NCBI RefSeq assembly: GCF_902713615.1
Contig: NC_052165.1
Span: forward strand, 64,186,593 to 64,250,592
DNA: 64,000 bases
Origin: Scyliorhinus canicula
Taxonomy: Eukaryota
Direction of reading: 5' to 3'
Shown piece after piece: positions 11,087-22,344 of this stretch. Position 1 is the stretch's first letter. Every line of letters starts with the position of its first letter. Both the position numbers and the translations under genes were made by a program. The notes below the pieces were generated by a model that was not told the origin of the DNA, did no database searches, and saw only the letters and a list, made by a program, of their open reading frames with translations.

Positions 11087-14000
11087 CTATCTCTGATCCA
11101 AGAGGTCTAGGAAGGGTTGCCATCGCCTGGAAAACCCCTGCACCGACCCTCTCAGGGCGAATTTGATCCTTTCCAATTGGATAAAGTTTGCCATGTCGTT
11201 TAACCAGGTGTTAACACTCGGAGGCCTTTCGTCCCTCCACTGAATCAGGATCCTCCTCCGAGCCACCAAGGACGCAAAGGCTAATATTCCAGCCTCCCTC
11301 GCCTCCTGTACCCCCGGTTCCGCCCCAACCCCGAAGATCGCAAGTCCCCATCCTGGCTTGACCCTGGACCCCACCACTCTCGACACCGTCCCTGCCACCC
11401 CCTTCCAGAACTCCTCCAGTGCCGGACATGCCCAAAACATATGTGCATGATTCGCAGGGCTTCCCGAACATCTAATACACCTGTCTTCACCCCCGAAAAA
11501 CCGACTCATCCTTGTCCCCGTCATGTGGGCTCTATGCAGTACCTTAAATTGAATGAGACTTAGTCGCGCACATGACGACGACGAGTTAACCCTCTCCAGG
11601 GCGTCTGCCCATGTCCCGTCCTCTATCTGTTCCCCCAGCTCTAACTCCCACTTATCTTTCAGCTCCTCTACTGGTACCTCCTCCACCTCCTGCATAATCT
11701 TATAGATGTCCGAGATCTTCCCCTCCCCGACCCAGACCCCTGATAGCACCCTATCACTCACCCCCCTGTCGGGGAGCGCGGGGAACCCCGCTACCTGTCG
11801 TCTGGCAAATGCCTTCACTTGGAGGTACCTGAACGTGTTCCCCGGGGGGAGCCCAAATTTCTCCTCCAGCTCTCCCAGGCTCGCAAACCTCCCCTCTATA
11901 AACAAGTCCCTCAGTTGTCTAATACCCGCCCTCTGCCAGCTCTGGAATCCCCCTCCTGTGTTTCCCGGCGCAAATCTGTGGTTCCCTCTTAGTGGTGCCC
12001 CTATCAGACCTCCCACTTCCCCCCTGTGTCGCCTCCACTGCCCCCAGATCTTGAGGGTGGCCGCCACCACCGGGCTCGTGGTATACCTCGTGGGAGGGAG
12101 CGGCCATGGTGCCGTTACCAGTGCCCCTAAGCTTATGTTGCCGCAGGACGCCCTCTCCATGCGCTTCCAGGCTGCCCCCTCCCCTTCCATCATCCACTTT
12201 CGTACCATCGATGTATTTGCCGCCCAGTAATATCCGGAAAGGTTGGGTAACGCCAGCCCTCCACTATCCCTACTCCGCTCCAAAAAGACCCTTCTAACTC
12301 TCGGGGTGCCATGTGCCCACACATACCCCATGATACTACTCGTTACCTTCTTGAAAAAGGCCCTGGGGAGGAAGATGGGCAGACACTGGAACAAAAACAA
12401 GAACCTCGGGAGGACCGTCATTTTAACTGACTGCACCCTCCCTGCCAGCGACAGCGGCACCATGTCCCACCTCTTAAACTCCTCCTCCATCTGCTCCACC
12501 AGTCTGGAAAAGTTCAACTTGTGTAGGGTCCCCCAGTTCTTTGCCACCTGCACCCCCAAATACCTAAAACTTTTAACTGCTCTTTTGAAGGGGAGCCTCC
12601 CAATTCCCTCCCCTTGGTCTCCCGGGTGTATTACAAAGACCTCACTTTTCCCCAGATTTAATTTATATCCCGAAAAGTCCCCGAACTCCGCTAGTATCCC
12701 CATTACCTCCGGCATTCCCCCCTCCGGGTCTGCCACATACAACAACAAATCATCCGCATAGAGCGAGACCCGATGTTCCTCCCCTCCCCTTGTCAGTCCT
12801 CTCCACCCCCCTGAACCCCTCAGTGCCATCGCCAACGGCTCAATCGCTAATGCAAAGAGTAAGGGAGATAGGGGACATCCCTGCCTAGTACCTCGATGGA
12901 GCCCAAAATATTCTGACCTCCTCCCGTTTGTTACCACACTTGCCATCGGAGCTGAATAGAGCAGTTTTACCCACTTGATAAATCCCTCCCCAAACCCAAA
13001 CCTTTCCAACGTCTCCCACAAGTATTCCCACTCCACCCTGTCAAATGCCTTCTCCGCGTCCAGCGCTACCACTATCTCCGCCTCCCCTTCCACTGCTGGC
13101 ATCATAATCACATTTAACAATCTCCGAACATTTGTGTTAAGTTGGCGTCCCTTCACGAACCCCGTCTGGTCTTCATGGACTACCCCTGGCACACAGTCCT
13201 CTATCCTGGTTGCCAGGACCTTTGCTAACAGCTTGGCATCTACATTTAAGAGGGAGATAGGCCTGTAGGACCCGCACTGGACCGGGTCCTTGTCCCGCTT
13301 CAAAATCAAGGAGATCAGGGCCTGCGACATTGTTGGAGGCAGAACCCCCCCCTCGCGCGCCTCATTGAAGGCTCGCACCAGCACTGGACCCACCAAGTCC
13401 ACAAATTTCCTGTAAAACTCCACCGGGAACCCATCCGGCCCCGGCGCCTTCCCCGCCTGCATCTGGCCTATCCCTTTAATTAGCTCCTGCAGCTCTATCG
13501 GCGCCCCCAACCCTTCCACCAGCTCCTCCTGTACCTTTGGGAACCCCAATTTGTCGAGAAAGTTCTTCATTCCCCCTCTCCTCTTCGGCGGTTCAGACCT
13601 ATACAATTCCCTATAGAAGTCCCTAAAGACCCTATTCACCTCTTGCCCCTTCTGCACTACATCCCCACCCCTCTCTCTCACTCCCCCAATCTCTCTGGCT
13701 GCATCTCGCTTACGAAGCTGGTGTGCCAGCATCCTGCTCGCCTTTTCCCCGTACTCATACGCCGCACCCTGCGCCCTTCTCCACTGCATTTCCGCCTTCC
13801 TAGTGGTCAGTAGGTCGAACCTGGCCTGCAAGCTACGCCGCTCCCTTAATAGCCCCTCCTCTGGCGCCGCCGCATATTTCCTATCTACTTCTAGGAGCTC
13901 CCCCACCAGCCTCTCCCTTTCCTGCCTCTCCTTCCTCTCTCTGTGTGCCCTTATGGAGATCAGCTCTCCTCTAATCACTGCTTTCAAGGCCTCCCAGACC

Positions 14001-14881
14001 GTCCCCACCTGCACCTCACCTGTGTCATTCGTACCCAGATAGTTCTCAATGCCCGTTCTCACCCTTCTGCACACCTCTTCGTCCGCCAACAGCCCTACAT
14101 CCAGGCGCCACAACGGGCGTTGGTCCCGCGCCTCCCCCATGTCCACGTCCACCCAATGTGGTGCATGGTCCAATATCGCAATGGCCGAGTACTCCGTGTC
14201 CTGCACTCTCGGTATCAGCCCCCTGTTCAATACGAAAAAATCGATCCTAGAGTACACTCTGTGGACGTGGGAGAAAAAAGAATACTCCCTCGCCCTAGGC
14301 CTACCAAATCTCCATGGGTCTACCCCTCCCATCTGCTCCATGAACCCCCTTAACACCTCTGCCGCTGCCGGCCTCCTATTCGTCCTGGAACTCGATCTAT
14401 CCAGCCCAGGGTCTAACACCGTATTAAAGTCCCCTCCCATGATCAGGCCCCCTGCCTCCAGTCCCGGGATGAGGCCCAGCAGGCGCCTCATAAAACCCGC
14501 GTCGTCCCAGTTCGGGGCATACACATTTACCAGTACCACACTCTCTCCCTGCAGCCTACCCCTCACCATCACGTACCTGCCCTCCTTGTCTGCCACCACC
14601 TCTGCCGCCACAAACGACACTCTCTTTCCCACCAAAATCGCCACCCCCCGGTTCTTGATATCCAAGCCTGAGTGGAACACCTGTCCCACCCACCCCCTTC
14701 TCAGGCGGACCTGATCTGCTACCCTCAAATGAGTCTCCTGCAGCATTGCTACATCAGCCTTCAGTCCCTTCAGGTGTGAGAAGACCCTTGATCTTTTGAC
14801 CGGCCCATTCAGCCCCCTTACGTTCCACGTGATCAATCGGGTCGCAGAGCGACCCGTCCCTACTCCCTGTCGATTAGCCAT
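11087..14881 (-). CDS. L1 ORF2p (APE endonuclease, reverse transcriptase, CCHC), 1264 aa
   Basis: Motifs ITWNVRGLN, LQETH, NVYAPN, GGDFN, SRIDF, KAPGPDG, YRPISLLN, LDAEKAFDRV, RQGCPLSP, YADD, CIRC..HAHMFWAC; uninterrupted. Confidence 0.97.
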   Translation of the reverse strand: MANRQGVGTGRSATRLITWNVRGLNGPVKRSRVFSHLKGLKADVAMLQETHLRVADQVRLRRGWVGQVFHSGLDIKNRGVAILVGKRVSFVAAEVVADKEGRYVMVRGRLQGESVVLVNVYAPNWDDAGFMRRLLGLIPGLEAGGLIMGGDFNTVLDPGLDRSSSRTNRRPAAAEVLRGFMEQMGGVDPWRFGRPRAREYSFFSHVHRVYSRIDFFVLNRGLIPRVQDTEYSAIAILDHAPHWVDVDMGEARDQRPLWRLDVGLLADEEVCRRVRTGIENYLGTNDTGEVQVGTVWEALKAVIRGELISIRAHRERKERQERERLVGELLEVDRKYAAAPEEGLLRERRSLQARFDLLTTRKAEMQWRRAQGAAYEYGEKASRMLAHQLRKRDAAREIGGVRERGGDVVQKGQEVNRVFRDFYRELYRSEPPKRRGGMKNFLDKLGFPKVQEELVEGLGAPIELQELIKGIGQMQAGKAPGPDGFPVEFYRKFVDLVGPVLVRAFNEAREGGVLPPTMSQALISLILKRDKDPVQCGSYRPISLLNVDAKLLAKVLATRIEDCVPGVVHEDQTGFVKGRQLNTNVRRLLNVIMMPAVEGEAEIVVALDAEKAFDRVEWEYLWETLERFGFGEGFIKWVKLLYSAPMASVVTNGRRSEYFGLHRGTRQGCPLSPLLFALAIEPLAMALRGSGGWRGLTRGGEEHRVSLYADDLLLYVADPEGGMPEVMGILAEFGDFSGYKLNLGKSEVFVIHPGDQGEGIGRLPFKRAVKSFRYLGVQVAKNWGTLHKLNFSRLVEQMEEEFKRWDMVPLSLAGRVQSVKMTVLPRFLFLFQCLPIFLPRAFFKKVTSSIMGYVWAHGTPRVRRVFLERSRDSGGLALPNLSGYYWAANTSMVRKWMMEGEGAAWKRMERASCGNISLGALVTAPWPLPPTRYTTSPVVAATLKIWGQWRRHRGEVGGLIGAPLRGNHRFAPGNTGGGFQSWQRAGIRQLRDLFIEGRFASLGELEEKFGLPPGNTFRYLQVKAFARRQVAGFPALPDRGVSDRVLSGVWVGEGKISDIYKIMQEVEEVPVEELKDKWELELGEQIEDGTWADALERVNSSSSCARLSLIQFKVLHRAHMTGTRMSRFFGGEDRCIRCSGSPANHAHMFWACPALEEFWKGVAGTVSRVVGSRVKPGWGLAIFGVGAEPGVQEAREAGILAFASLVARRRILIQWRDERPPSVNTWLNDMANFIQLERIKFALRGSVQGFSRRWQPFLDLLDQR

Positions 14882-15736
14882 GTCTTGTCCCTTGCTCGCC
14901 CCGGGTCATCCCTTCTTTTCTGACCCGCTTCCCATAGCGATGGCCCCCCCCCCCCCACCCCCCCCGGCTCTCCCCTTCTCGTCCCTGGTCTTTCTAGCAG
15001 CAACCCGGTGTCCCCCCCCAGTCCCCCCCCCTTCCCCCCCCCCCCCCCCCCCCCCCCCTGGCTAGGACCCCTCCTAGCCGCGATGTACCCCACATCGTAC
15101 TCCCGAGAGTCAGCTGGTCTCCGCTGACCCGGCTGCTCCTGCCACATTCCGACTCCTCCCGGTTCACCCCATCTGCGCCCGTGAAAGATCCCCTTAAAAC
15201 CCCCGAGAAAGACCCGCATAATCAACCCGCTCCCCCCCGTCCCGTCTCCCCAACTTAACGATATAAATACAAATACCCAATGGCAACTAAATACATAAAT
15301 ACTTAACTACATACTTAAATAACAAAATAATTAACTAACTATCAACTAACCGCGTGCCCAACCATCACCCTCCATCAAACAGTATAAATAACCGCAGATA
15401 ACCATAACCCGAAAAGAAAAAAAAGAACCAAAAAACCCCCCCAAGCACCCAAAGAAAAAGGGTAAGAGGGGTAAATAACTAAGGGAAATTGGAAACGGGA
15501 AAAAACACCCCATAAGAAGCCAACGACCCACAATAGAGATTTCAACAGTACAAATATACAGAAACACCCAACAACTCGAAACCTTCAAAATATTCAGAAA
15601 AGTCAACCGTTCGAGAAAAAACACCCCAAACACTCCACGAAACTGTTACCCAGTTCCGACCTGGCCTGAAAAAGAAAAGGGCCACTTGCACAATCAAGAG
15701 TCCCCCGGCGGCTACGACCGCCGGTGCTCCCAGGTT

Positions 15737-16582
15737 TTAGTTCGTGTCCAACTTTTCCTCTTGTACAAAGGTCCAGGCCTCCTCTGGGGACTCGAAATAA
15801 TGATGTTGGTCCTTATAGGTGACCCACAAGCGCGCCGGTTGCAACATTCCAAATTTGATCTTTTTCGCGTGTAGCACCGCCTTTGTCCGGTTGTACCGGG
15901 CCCGCCGCTTTGCCACCTCCGCACTCCAGTCCTGGTACACCCTTACCGTCGAGTTCTGCCACTTGCTGCTTTTCTCCCTTTTAGCCCACCTCAGGACTTT
16001 CTCTCGATCACTTAGCCGCTGGAACCGCACCAGCACCGCCCTCGGGGGCTCGTTTGCCCTAGGCCTCCTGGCCATGACCCGGTATGCCTCTTCCAATTCC
16101 AGGGGCGCCGGACCGGCCCCTTCCCCCATCAGGGAGCTCAACATCTCCGCCACATATCCCGGGAGATCCGACCCCTCCAGGCCTTCTTCCAGGCCCAGGA
16201 TCCTCAAATTTTTCCTCCTCATCCGAGTGTCCAGCTCCTCGAAGCGGCTCTGCCACTTCGTGTGGAGTGCCTCGTGCACCTCCACCTTTGCCCCGATGAC
16301 TGTGGCCTCCTCCTCCCTCGCGGCCATCTCCTGCTGCAGATCTTTAATCGACGCCTCTTGGATCGCCTGGGCTCCCACCAACCTGGTGGCCGTCGCGTTC
16401 ATGGACTCTAAGAGTTCCACTTTCATCTCCGTGAAAAAACGGAGGAGAGCGGCCTGCTGCTCCTCCGCCCATTTCTTCCACTCCTCCGGTGCACCGCCGG
16501 CCGCCATTTTGATTTTCTTCCCCCGCTTTTTTTGGGGAGCTGCTGCCGTTTTTCTTGCCGCTCCACTCCGGGTACCGACCAT
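15737..16582 (-). CDS. L1 ORF1p (coiled coil, RRM, CTD), 281 aa
   Basis: RRKNLRILGLEEGLEG, PRAVLVRF, VRVYQDWS..VAKRR, FGMLQPARLWVT...HYFESPEEA are typical L1 ORF1p motifs. Confidence 0.93.
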   Translation of the reverse strand: MVGTRSGAARKTAAAPQKKRGKKIKMAAGGAPEEWKKWAEEQQAALLRFFTEMKVELLESMNATATRLVGAQAIQEASIKDLQQEMAAREEEATVIGAKVEVHEALHTKWQSRFEELDTRMRRKNLRILGLEEGLEGSDLPGYVAEMLSSLMGEGAGPAPLELEEAYRVMARRPRANEPPRAVLVRFQRLSDREKVLRWAKREKSSKWQNSTVRVYQDWSAEVAKRRARYNRTKAVLHAKKIKFGMLQPARLWVTYKDQHHYFESPEEAWTFVQEEKLDTN

Positions 16583-17123
16583 AAAATCGGTCTAGTTCTC
16601 CTCAGGGGACCTTCCCCCACCGGGATTCGTTTTTTCAGCGCCGTTGGGGCCCTCCAATTGGCCCAAAAACACCTTTGTTGCAGGAGCTTCCAAATGTGCG
16701 GCTTAGCTAGTCATAGCCGCAACCGGAAGTCGCCTTGATGATTTCTAACTAACGTGACAATTTGCAGTCTAACAAAAGTGAGCACTTCAAAATCAGCGTG
16801 AATAAAGCAGGGCTGACATTCATTTTTGAAAATCTAATCGGCATGTGTCAAGCTACAGCATGTGGAGCAGGAGGAAACTGGCTTACACCCATGAGCCGAT
16901 TGCAGAAGTGAACAAAAAACAATTAGTTTGATAATTCTACTCTCTGGCATTGCCAACTATCTGAGTGTAGAGTGGAGTTGGGAACAGGTTGTCTGTTAAC
17001 TACATTCATCAGAAAATGGTGTGTGTTAGCTAGTTCTAAAATGAACTTGAAACATGGTGATAAAGATAATTAACAAGCAAAATAATTTTGAATTGATGTA
17101 AATTAAAATACTTTCGTTATTAC

Positions 17124-17264
17124 CTGTACCTACTGCTTTGGAAACTGTTTTCTCAATGTGTTCTGGTTCACTTCTACCATGCCGTGCTTCAATATCAGCT
17201 ATATGTGCTTCTAGTTTCTCTCTCAATTCTTCGCAAGTCAGTGAAGGTTCAGTTGCCAGGTCTT
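17124..17264 (-). CDS. IQUB: IQUB coding exon 6 (N-terminal low-complexity region)
   Basis: ttttaccctgcag|AA...ACAG|gtaat, 141 nt, phase 1-1, open: EDLATEPSLTCEELREKLEAHIADIEARHGRSEPEHIEKTVSKAVGT. Confidence 0.72.
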
Positions 17265-17439
17265 CTGCAGGGTAAAATAGTAGATGAGAATATAATGTAA
17301 TATCGTTTTAATGAAATCTAACAAAAGGAAGGCGAAGCCAATAGTTGATTATGTAATTTTAGGAACATGGACAATACAGGAAATCAAAGCAATCCAGTGT
17401 GTTCATCCAAAGAGGTGGGTTCAAAGAGAACTAAAGATT

Positions 17440-19830
17440 TAAAAAGACCAAAGTCCATCCATATGGGTCAGTGCGTATGTGGCGCACTCCATTCGTCCGC
17501 ATGAAATTCCTGAACTCCCCACAAGTAAACTGTGTTCCATTGTAAGAGACCAGTACCTCCAGGATGCCATGCTTGCTAAAAGAGAGCCTGAGCTTTTTGA
17601 GTGTTGCTTTCAAAGTCATTGACTGTGGATATCCAATCATCTGAAGTGAGCGTCAATGAGGAGGAGGAACATGGACCCTTGAAAAGGTAAGGCAAAATCG
17701 GCATGGAGACATACTCACGGCTGACCCGGCTACTCCCAGCGATGAAGTGGTGCCGCCAGTCGGGAGCTTCTGCTGCTCCTGGCACACTTTGCAATTTTGG
17801 GCGAGCATCTTCATCATAGGCATGCCGGGCTGCCATTATGAAGGTCAGAAAGATGGGGCCTTGCCCCTTGTGCAAAACCACCAGGCGCATCCCCCAAAGG
17901 AGTATACCGCCCTCTACAATGAACTCAGCGATCTTCGAGGTAAATTCTTTCAGCTCACGGAAGGGCTCAGTGCTGGGCCCACGTAACACGAGATAACAAA
18001 CTTTGTTTGTGAGAGGGTCAGTCTTCATCCCGTATGTACCCAGGCCACACTGACTAGAAACAAATCCATAAAATTCATAGTAACAATGACCTCGGGAGTT
18101 CTGGGGGGTGGCATCGGAGGTCTCATCGGCAGCGGGAGCATACTCAGTACGTCAGTGTTCACAATCTGTGTCCCAGTCCGGTGTTCTAGCATGTATTTGT
18201 ACGCGCCAATAAAAGGGCCCATCATTGAATTCTGGCCGCTATTATAGGTTTGAATAGCCCCAAAAGCAGCTTGTCATTAGTCAATACCGTGACTCGTAGA
18301 TATACTGATGGAACTTCTTTATGGCAAAGTCCACTGCCAGACCCTCCTTCTCTATCAAAGCTCATTGCGCTCAGCCAAGGCCAGTGTTCTTGAGATAAAA
18401 ATGATCAGACGCTCCTTACCATCAGTGATCCAATGAGACAGCACGTCGCAGATGCCATATGGCAAGGTGTCACAGGTGACCAATAGCGGTTCGCGGCATC
18501 AAAGTGAGTCAGCAACTGAGAAGTGAAGTATGCTGCCTTTTAACCTCAGTGAATGCCACTTCCAGCGGAGCTCTCCACGTTCACTCCTATTTCTGTTTAC
18601 AGGGGGGGCCAACATAGTTGGAAGACCCAGGATAAACTTCCCATAGTAATTGAGGAACCCCAGGAACGAAAGGAACTTTTTCACGCTTCCCCGCGTTGGG
18701 TCTGTTCGATGGCTTGCACCTTGTCTTCAACTGAGTGGAAGCCTTCACGGTCTTCATGATAACCCAGTGAGGTCACTTCTTGGGCTTGAGGCGCCGTGAG
18801 GAAACAGGGCTAGCAACAGGACTAACCTACTGCGCCACCGTGCTGCCCTGCTGCAGAATATTTTCCATCAGGCACTGGAAAATGGTGCAGGCTGACGAAA
18901 CACCAAATGGTAACCTTGTACACTCATACAGCCCCCTAAAAGTGTTCACCGTCACTTCCCAACAAGACTCTGGGTCCAGCTCCAACTGGAGGTATGCGTG
19001 GCTCATGACATGCTTGGTGAATGAGTGACCCCCCCCCCCCCAAACCAGCCAATTTAGCTTATATATTCAATCCACGGCATTGGATACCAGTCCAGCTTGG
19101 ACGCCGTCAATTTCTAATCGTCGCAGAGACGAACCAGCTATTGGGCTTCATTAAGGAGAAGACTGGCACCACCTAGTCCGCAAACCACATCGGCCAGATA
19201 ATCCCTAGACTATCAAGCTGGCTGAGTTCCATTGCCACCTTAGGCAGTAGCGCGTAGGGAACCAGGCGAGCACGAAAATACCTCGGTTGTGCCATAGGAT
19301 CTACGTGGATCTTTGCCATAGCATCGCAGGTTATCCCCAACCCAGTCTGGAAAACCTCTGGTTACTCCGCCTACATCAAGTTGGGGCCTCTCAAACCCAT
19401 TTGGAAACCTTCTGCCAATCAATATGGAGGCGTTGTAGCCAGGCGTGGACCTGCAAATTGGGGCCATCACCATGCATCACGATCGGGGCAAATAAGAGGA
19501 CTGTTGCCCGTAGACTACCGGGGTCACTGTAATGGCAGAAGCTGTACTCCTATCCTGAGCCTCTCAAAAGTGCACTTTCCGACAATTGAGACGGTGGCAC
19601 CTATGTCTAACTCCATTAGCAACGGGTGGCCATTGACCCGAACCATGACCATAATGGGGGCTACACAATGCAGTTCAATTGCAATCGTCTGCAGGCTCTT
19701 CCACAAAAAAAGGTGCGGATCCAGGGCAGGCAGCCAGTTCTAGCGGAGCAGCGGATGGACGAACCATCCCAGTCACAACTCCTTGTAGCTCTCCGACCAT
19801 TTGTCCCACAATGCCCGGGTCTTCCTCTCA
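17440..19830 (-). mobile_element. Decayed Gypsy pol (protease, RT, RNase H, integrase)
   Basis: VNGHPLLMELDIGATVSIVG (protease); SFLGFLNYYGKFI (RT); RNase H remnants; FSKHGILEVLVSYNGTQFTCGEFRNFMRTNGVRHIRT (integrase core). Confidence 0.85.
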
Positions 19831-20370
19831 CGCCTGTGAGCAAAGATGGCTACTCACCTCCTCGACATCAGGTTCACATTTTTGAAAAGGAGTGCCAGGG
19901 TGACCATTTGCTGGGGAGGCCGATGAATCACAGGAGGCCGTTAGAAATGGGTTGCTCGGGTAGCACGGTGGCACAGTGGTTAGCATTGCTACGGCGCTGA
20001 GGACCCGGGTTCGAATCCCGGCCCTGGGTCACTGTCCGTGTGGAGTTTGCACATTCTCCCCGTGCCTGCGTGGGTTTCGCCCCCACAACCCAAAAGATGT
20101 GCAGGATAGGTGGATTGGCCACGTTAAATTGCCCCTTAATTGGAAAAGGTAATTGGGTACTCTAAATTTTAAAAAAAGATATGGGTTCCTCCCGTTAATT
20201 ATATAGAAATAGGGCTTAAGTGGTGCTAATTGGTTTCTCACCACGCTACGGCGTGATCCCGATTTCGCTTACGGGAGTGGGCCGGTTGTATCGCAAACTG
20301 TTTGGTGCCTGGCGCAGTTCTCGTTTTCGGCCTCAAGCAAGAACGTATCGAGGCCGGAGAATCGCATCCT
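19830..20370. mobile_element. Right arm of a Harbinger-like non-autonomous element, interrupted by a SINE
   Basis: GGCTACTCACCTCCTC, GGAGGCCGTTAGA and ACGGGAGTGGGCC are shared with 32780-33123; ends GGAGAATCGCATCC. Confidence 0.55.
19958..20177 (+). mobile_element. HE1-type tRNA-derived SINE, A-tailed
   Basis: A box TGGCACAGTGG, B box GGTTCGAATCCC; diverged TSD AGAAATGGGTTGCT / AGATATGGGTTCCT. Confidence 0.9.
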
Positions 20371-21079
20371 ATAGCAAAGGAAATGCAGTAGAAATGCAGT
20401 TGCAGACTAAATTTTTGTAGCAGCACAGGTTAGAAATATTGAGCAGAGGGTCGGGTTTGAATAATTTATTTAACAGAGCAGCTTCCCTTTATAATAGGTT
20501 CAAAAGTATTTAATTTGCGTCTTTTCTGCTTCCTAGCCACTAGATGACACCTTGCCCACTCAATGTGACTTTTATTTGAGTACTTATGCGGTATCTCTTT
20601 AAGAGAGTATGCAAATAGTGTACTTTCATCACTGCAGGAAGAGATGTAAAGCACCATGTGATCAGCTGGTGCTTGTGTTGAATCCTAGAGTAGATTTGTT
20701 TGTTAAGCTCTCCTGTAACTAGTAAGTCTTCTGGGGGGTCAGTTATCTGGACGGCTGATTCGTGATGCGGAGCAATGCCAGCAGCGCCTGTTCAATTCCC
20801 GTAACGACTGAGGTTATTCATGTAGACCCCGCTTTCTCTGCCTTGCCCCTCACCTGAGGTGTGATGACCCTCAGGTTAAATCACCACCAGTCAGTTCTCT
20901 CTCAAAAGGGCAGAGCAGCTTATGGGATTTTGGCAACTTTCATTTCAGATACATTCTTCAAATAAAATAATGTACTTTCTTGTCTGTGATTGCTGAGTTT
21001 GTGTGCAGAAAGCACATAACACATACAGTAATTAAACAACTCAAAAAATACTTTACCACTAATTAGTATTGTACTTTAC

Positions 21080-21166
21080 CTTGCGATTTCTCTTTTAAGA
21101 CAACTATTGCAGGGATTTCTGTTGCACCATACCGAGTACATTCCACAACTATAATGTCTTTGTCTG
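21080..21166 (-). CDS. IQUB: IQUB coding exon 5
   Basis: acag|CAG...CAAG|gtaaag, 87 nt, phase 1-1, NAGNAG acceptor; ADKDIIVVECTRYGATEIPAIVVLKEKSQ, similar to exon 24864-24983. Confidence 0.65.
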
Positions 21167-22344
21167 CTGTCGGAGTGCAATAGGAAAAAATGTTAATTGA
21201 AAATAAATGTTGGATAAATTGCTGTTTCAATATGGTTGATTTTTATGGCCCTGGATATAGCAATGTGATATGACACCATGGATAAATGGGTGAACACAGA
21301 GACAAATTGGACCCCTCACTCCCCAATATTTCTCTACCCACTGATCTTTTAATCTCATTTGGCTAACCATTATTATATTACGTCATTAAAGTAATATAGG
21401 TCGCAACTAACTGTAGATGATGTTGAAGAATGCTTGGGTCCTCGAAGTAGGCTGAAAGTATTTATTTAGTAATGACAGAACTAATAATTGAGTTCGACAC
21501 TCTGCTGATCTAACTCTAGCAACACAGTAAAATTGACTAGCTGTACATGTGATGACTTGATTGAGATCTCTGCTACACTGGTGTTCTTCCTTCAGCTTCT
21601 GCTGGGAGTGAGGGTGAGATCTTGTGTGAGCTGTGGTTTTATAGTGGTCGTGTAATGCCCTCCAGTAGTTATGCCACAGCTGGGTGTTCTGATTAACCCC
21701 TTAGTTACATGTTTGTCTACATATCATTATAGCCTTGGTAGCCAATTTGAGACCAGAGGGAAAATTAATAAGTGATCTACATTGTGCCATTCCTATACAT
21801 CCTTTAAGGGGTGGTTTTTCGATAAATACAGCTAGAGTTCCTGTACCAGCCTCCCCAAACAGGCGCCGGAATGTGGCGACTAGGGGCTTTTCACAGTAAC
21901 TTCATTTGAAGCCTACTTGCGACAATAAGCGATTTTCATTTTTCATTTCAGTTGGTGCAAGGCTAAAGTGAATTACTAAAACAGAAGGGAAATATAAATC
22001 AGCAAACCAACAAAAGAAATCCACAACAGACACCCATGGAGAGAGTGGGAGGAAATAAATTTACTTGGGCCACCCGGAAAAAATGAATTTAAAAAATTGC
22101 TTCAGAATTCTGCTCTCAGAGACTTCCAACCATCTGAAACAGAGACGACTCGGGGAGTCAGTTACCCCACATTTACTAGAAAGTAGTATGTGTGGTGTCC
22201 AGTTCTGGAAATAAGGGGCTGGATTCTCCATTCCTGAGACTAAGTGTTGATGCCAACGCAGAATTCGTGGAGTACCACGACAGCAAAATCGGTGTGGCAC
22301 CTGGACCAGTTCATCTACTGTTGAGGGTCTAGCACCGGCGCCAC

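Larger units (their letters stand above)
10744..16731 (-). mobile_element. Full-length L1-clade LINE (~5.99 kb) with perfect 15-bp TSD
   Basis: TSD GCCTTGATGATTTCT at 10729-10743 and 16732-16746; 5' end GACTTCCGGTTGCGG; ORF1, 855-bp spacer, ORF2, G-rich 3'UTR, AATAAA (10761-10766) and A-tail. Confidence 0.97.

Noticed and set aside
15819-16595. 258-aa antisense ORF over L1 ORF1, and other antisense ORFs over ORF2
   Set aside because: Shadow frames of GC-rich coding sequence with no recognisable motifs.
19958-20030. tRNA-like A/B boxes here and in similar copies
   Set aside because: They continue into SINE bodies with tails and TSDs, so they are not tRNA genes.
21370-21730. Possible solo LTR; a similar candidate lies at ~49838-50286
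   Set aside because: LTR-like composition, but I could not establish matching termini and TSD, so these are not listed as features.
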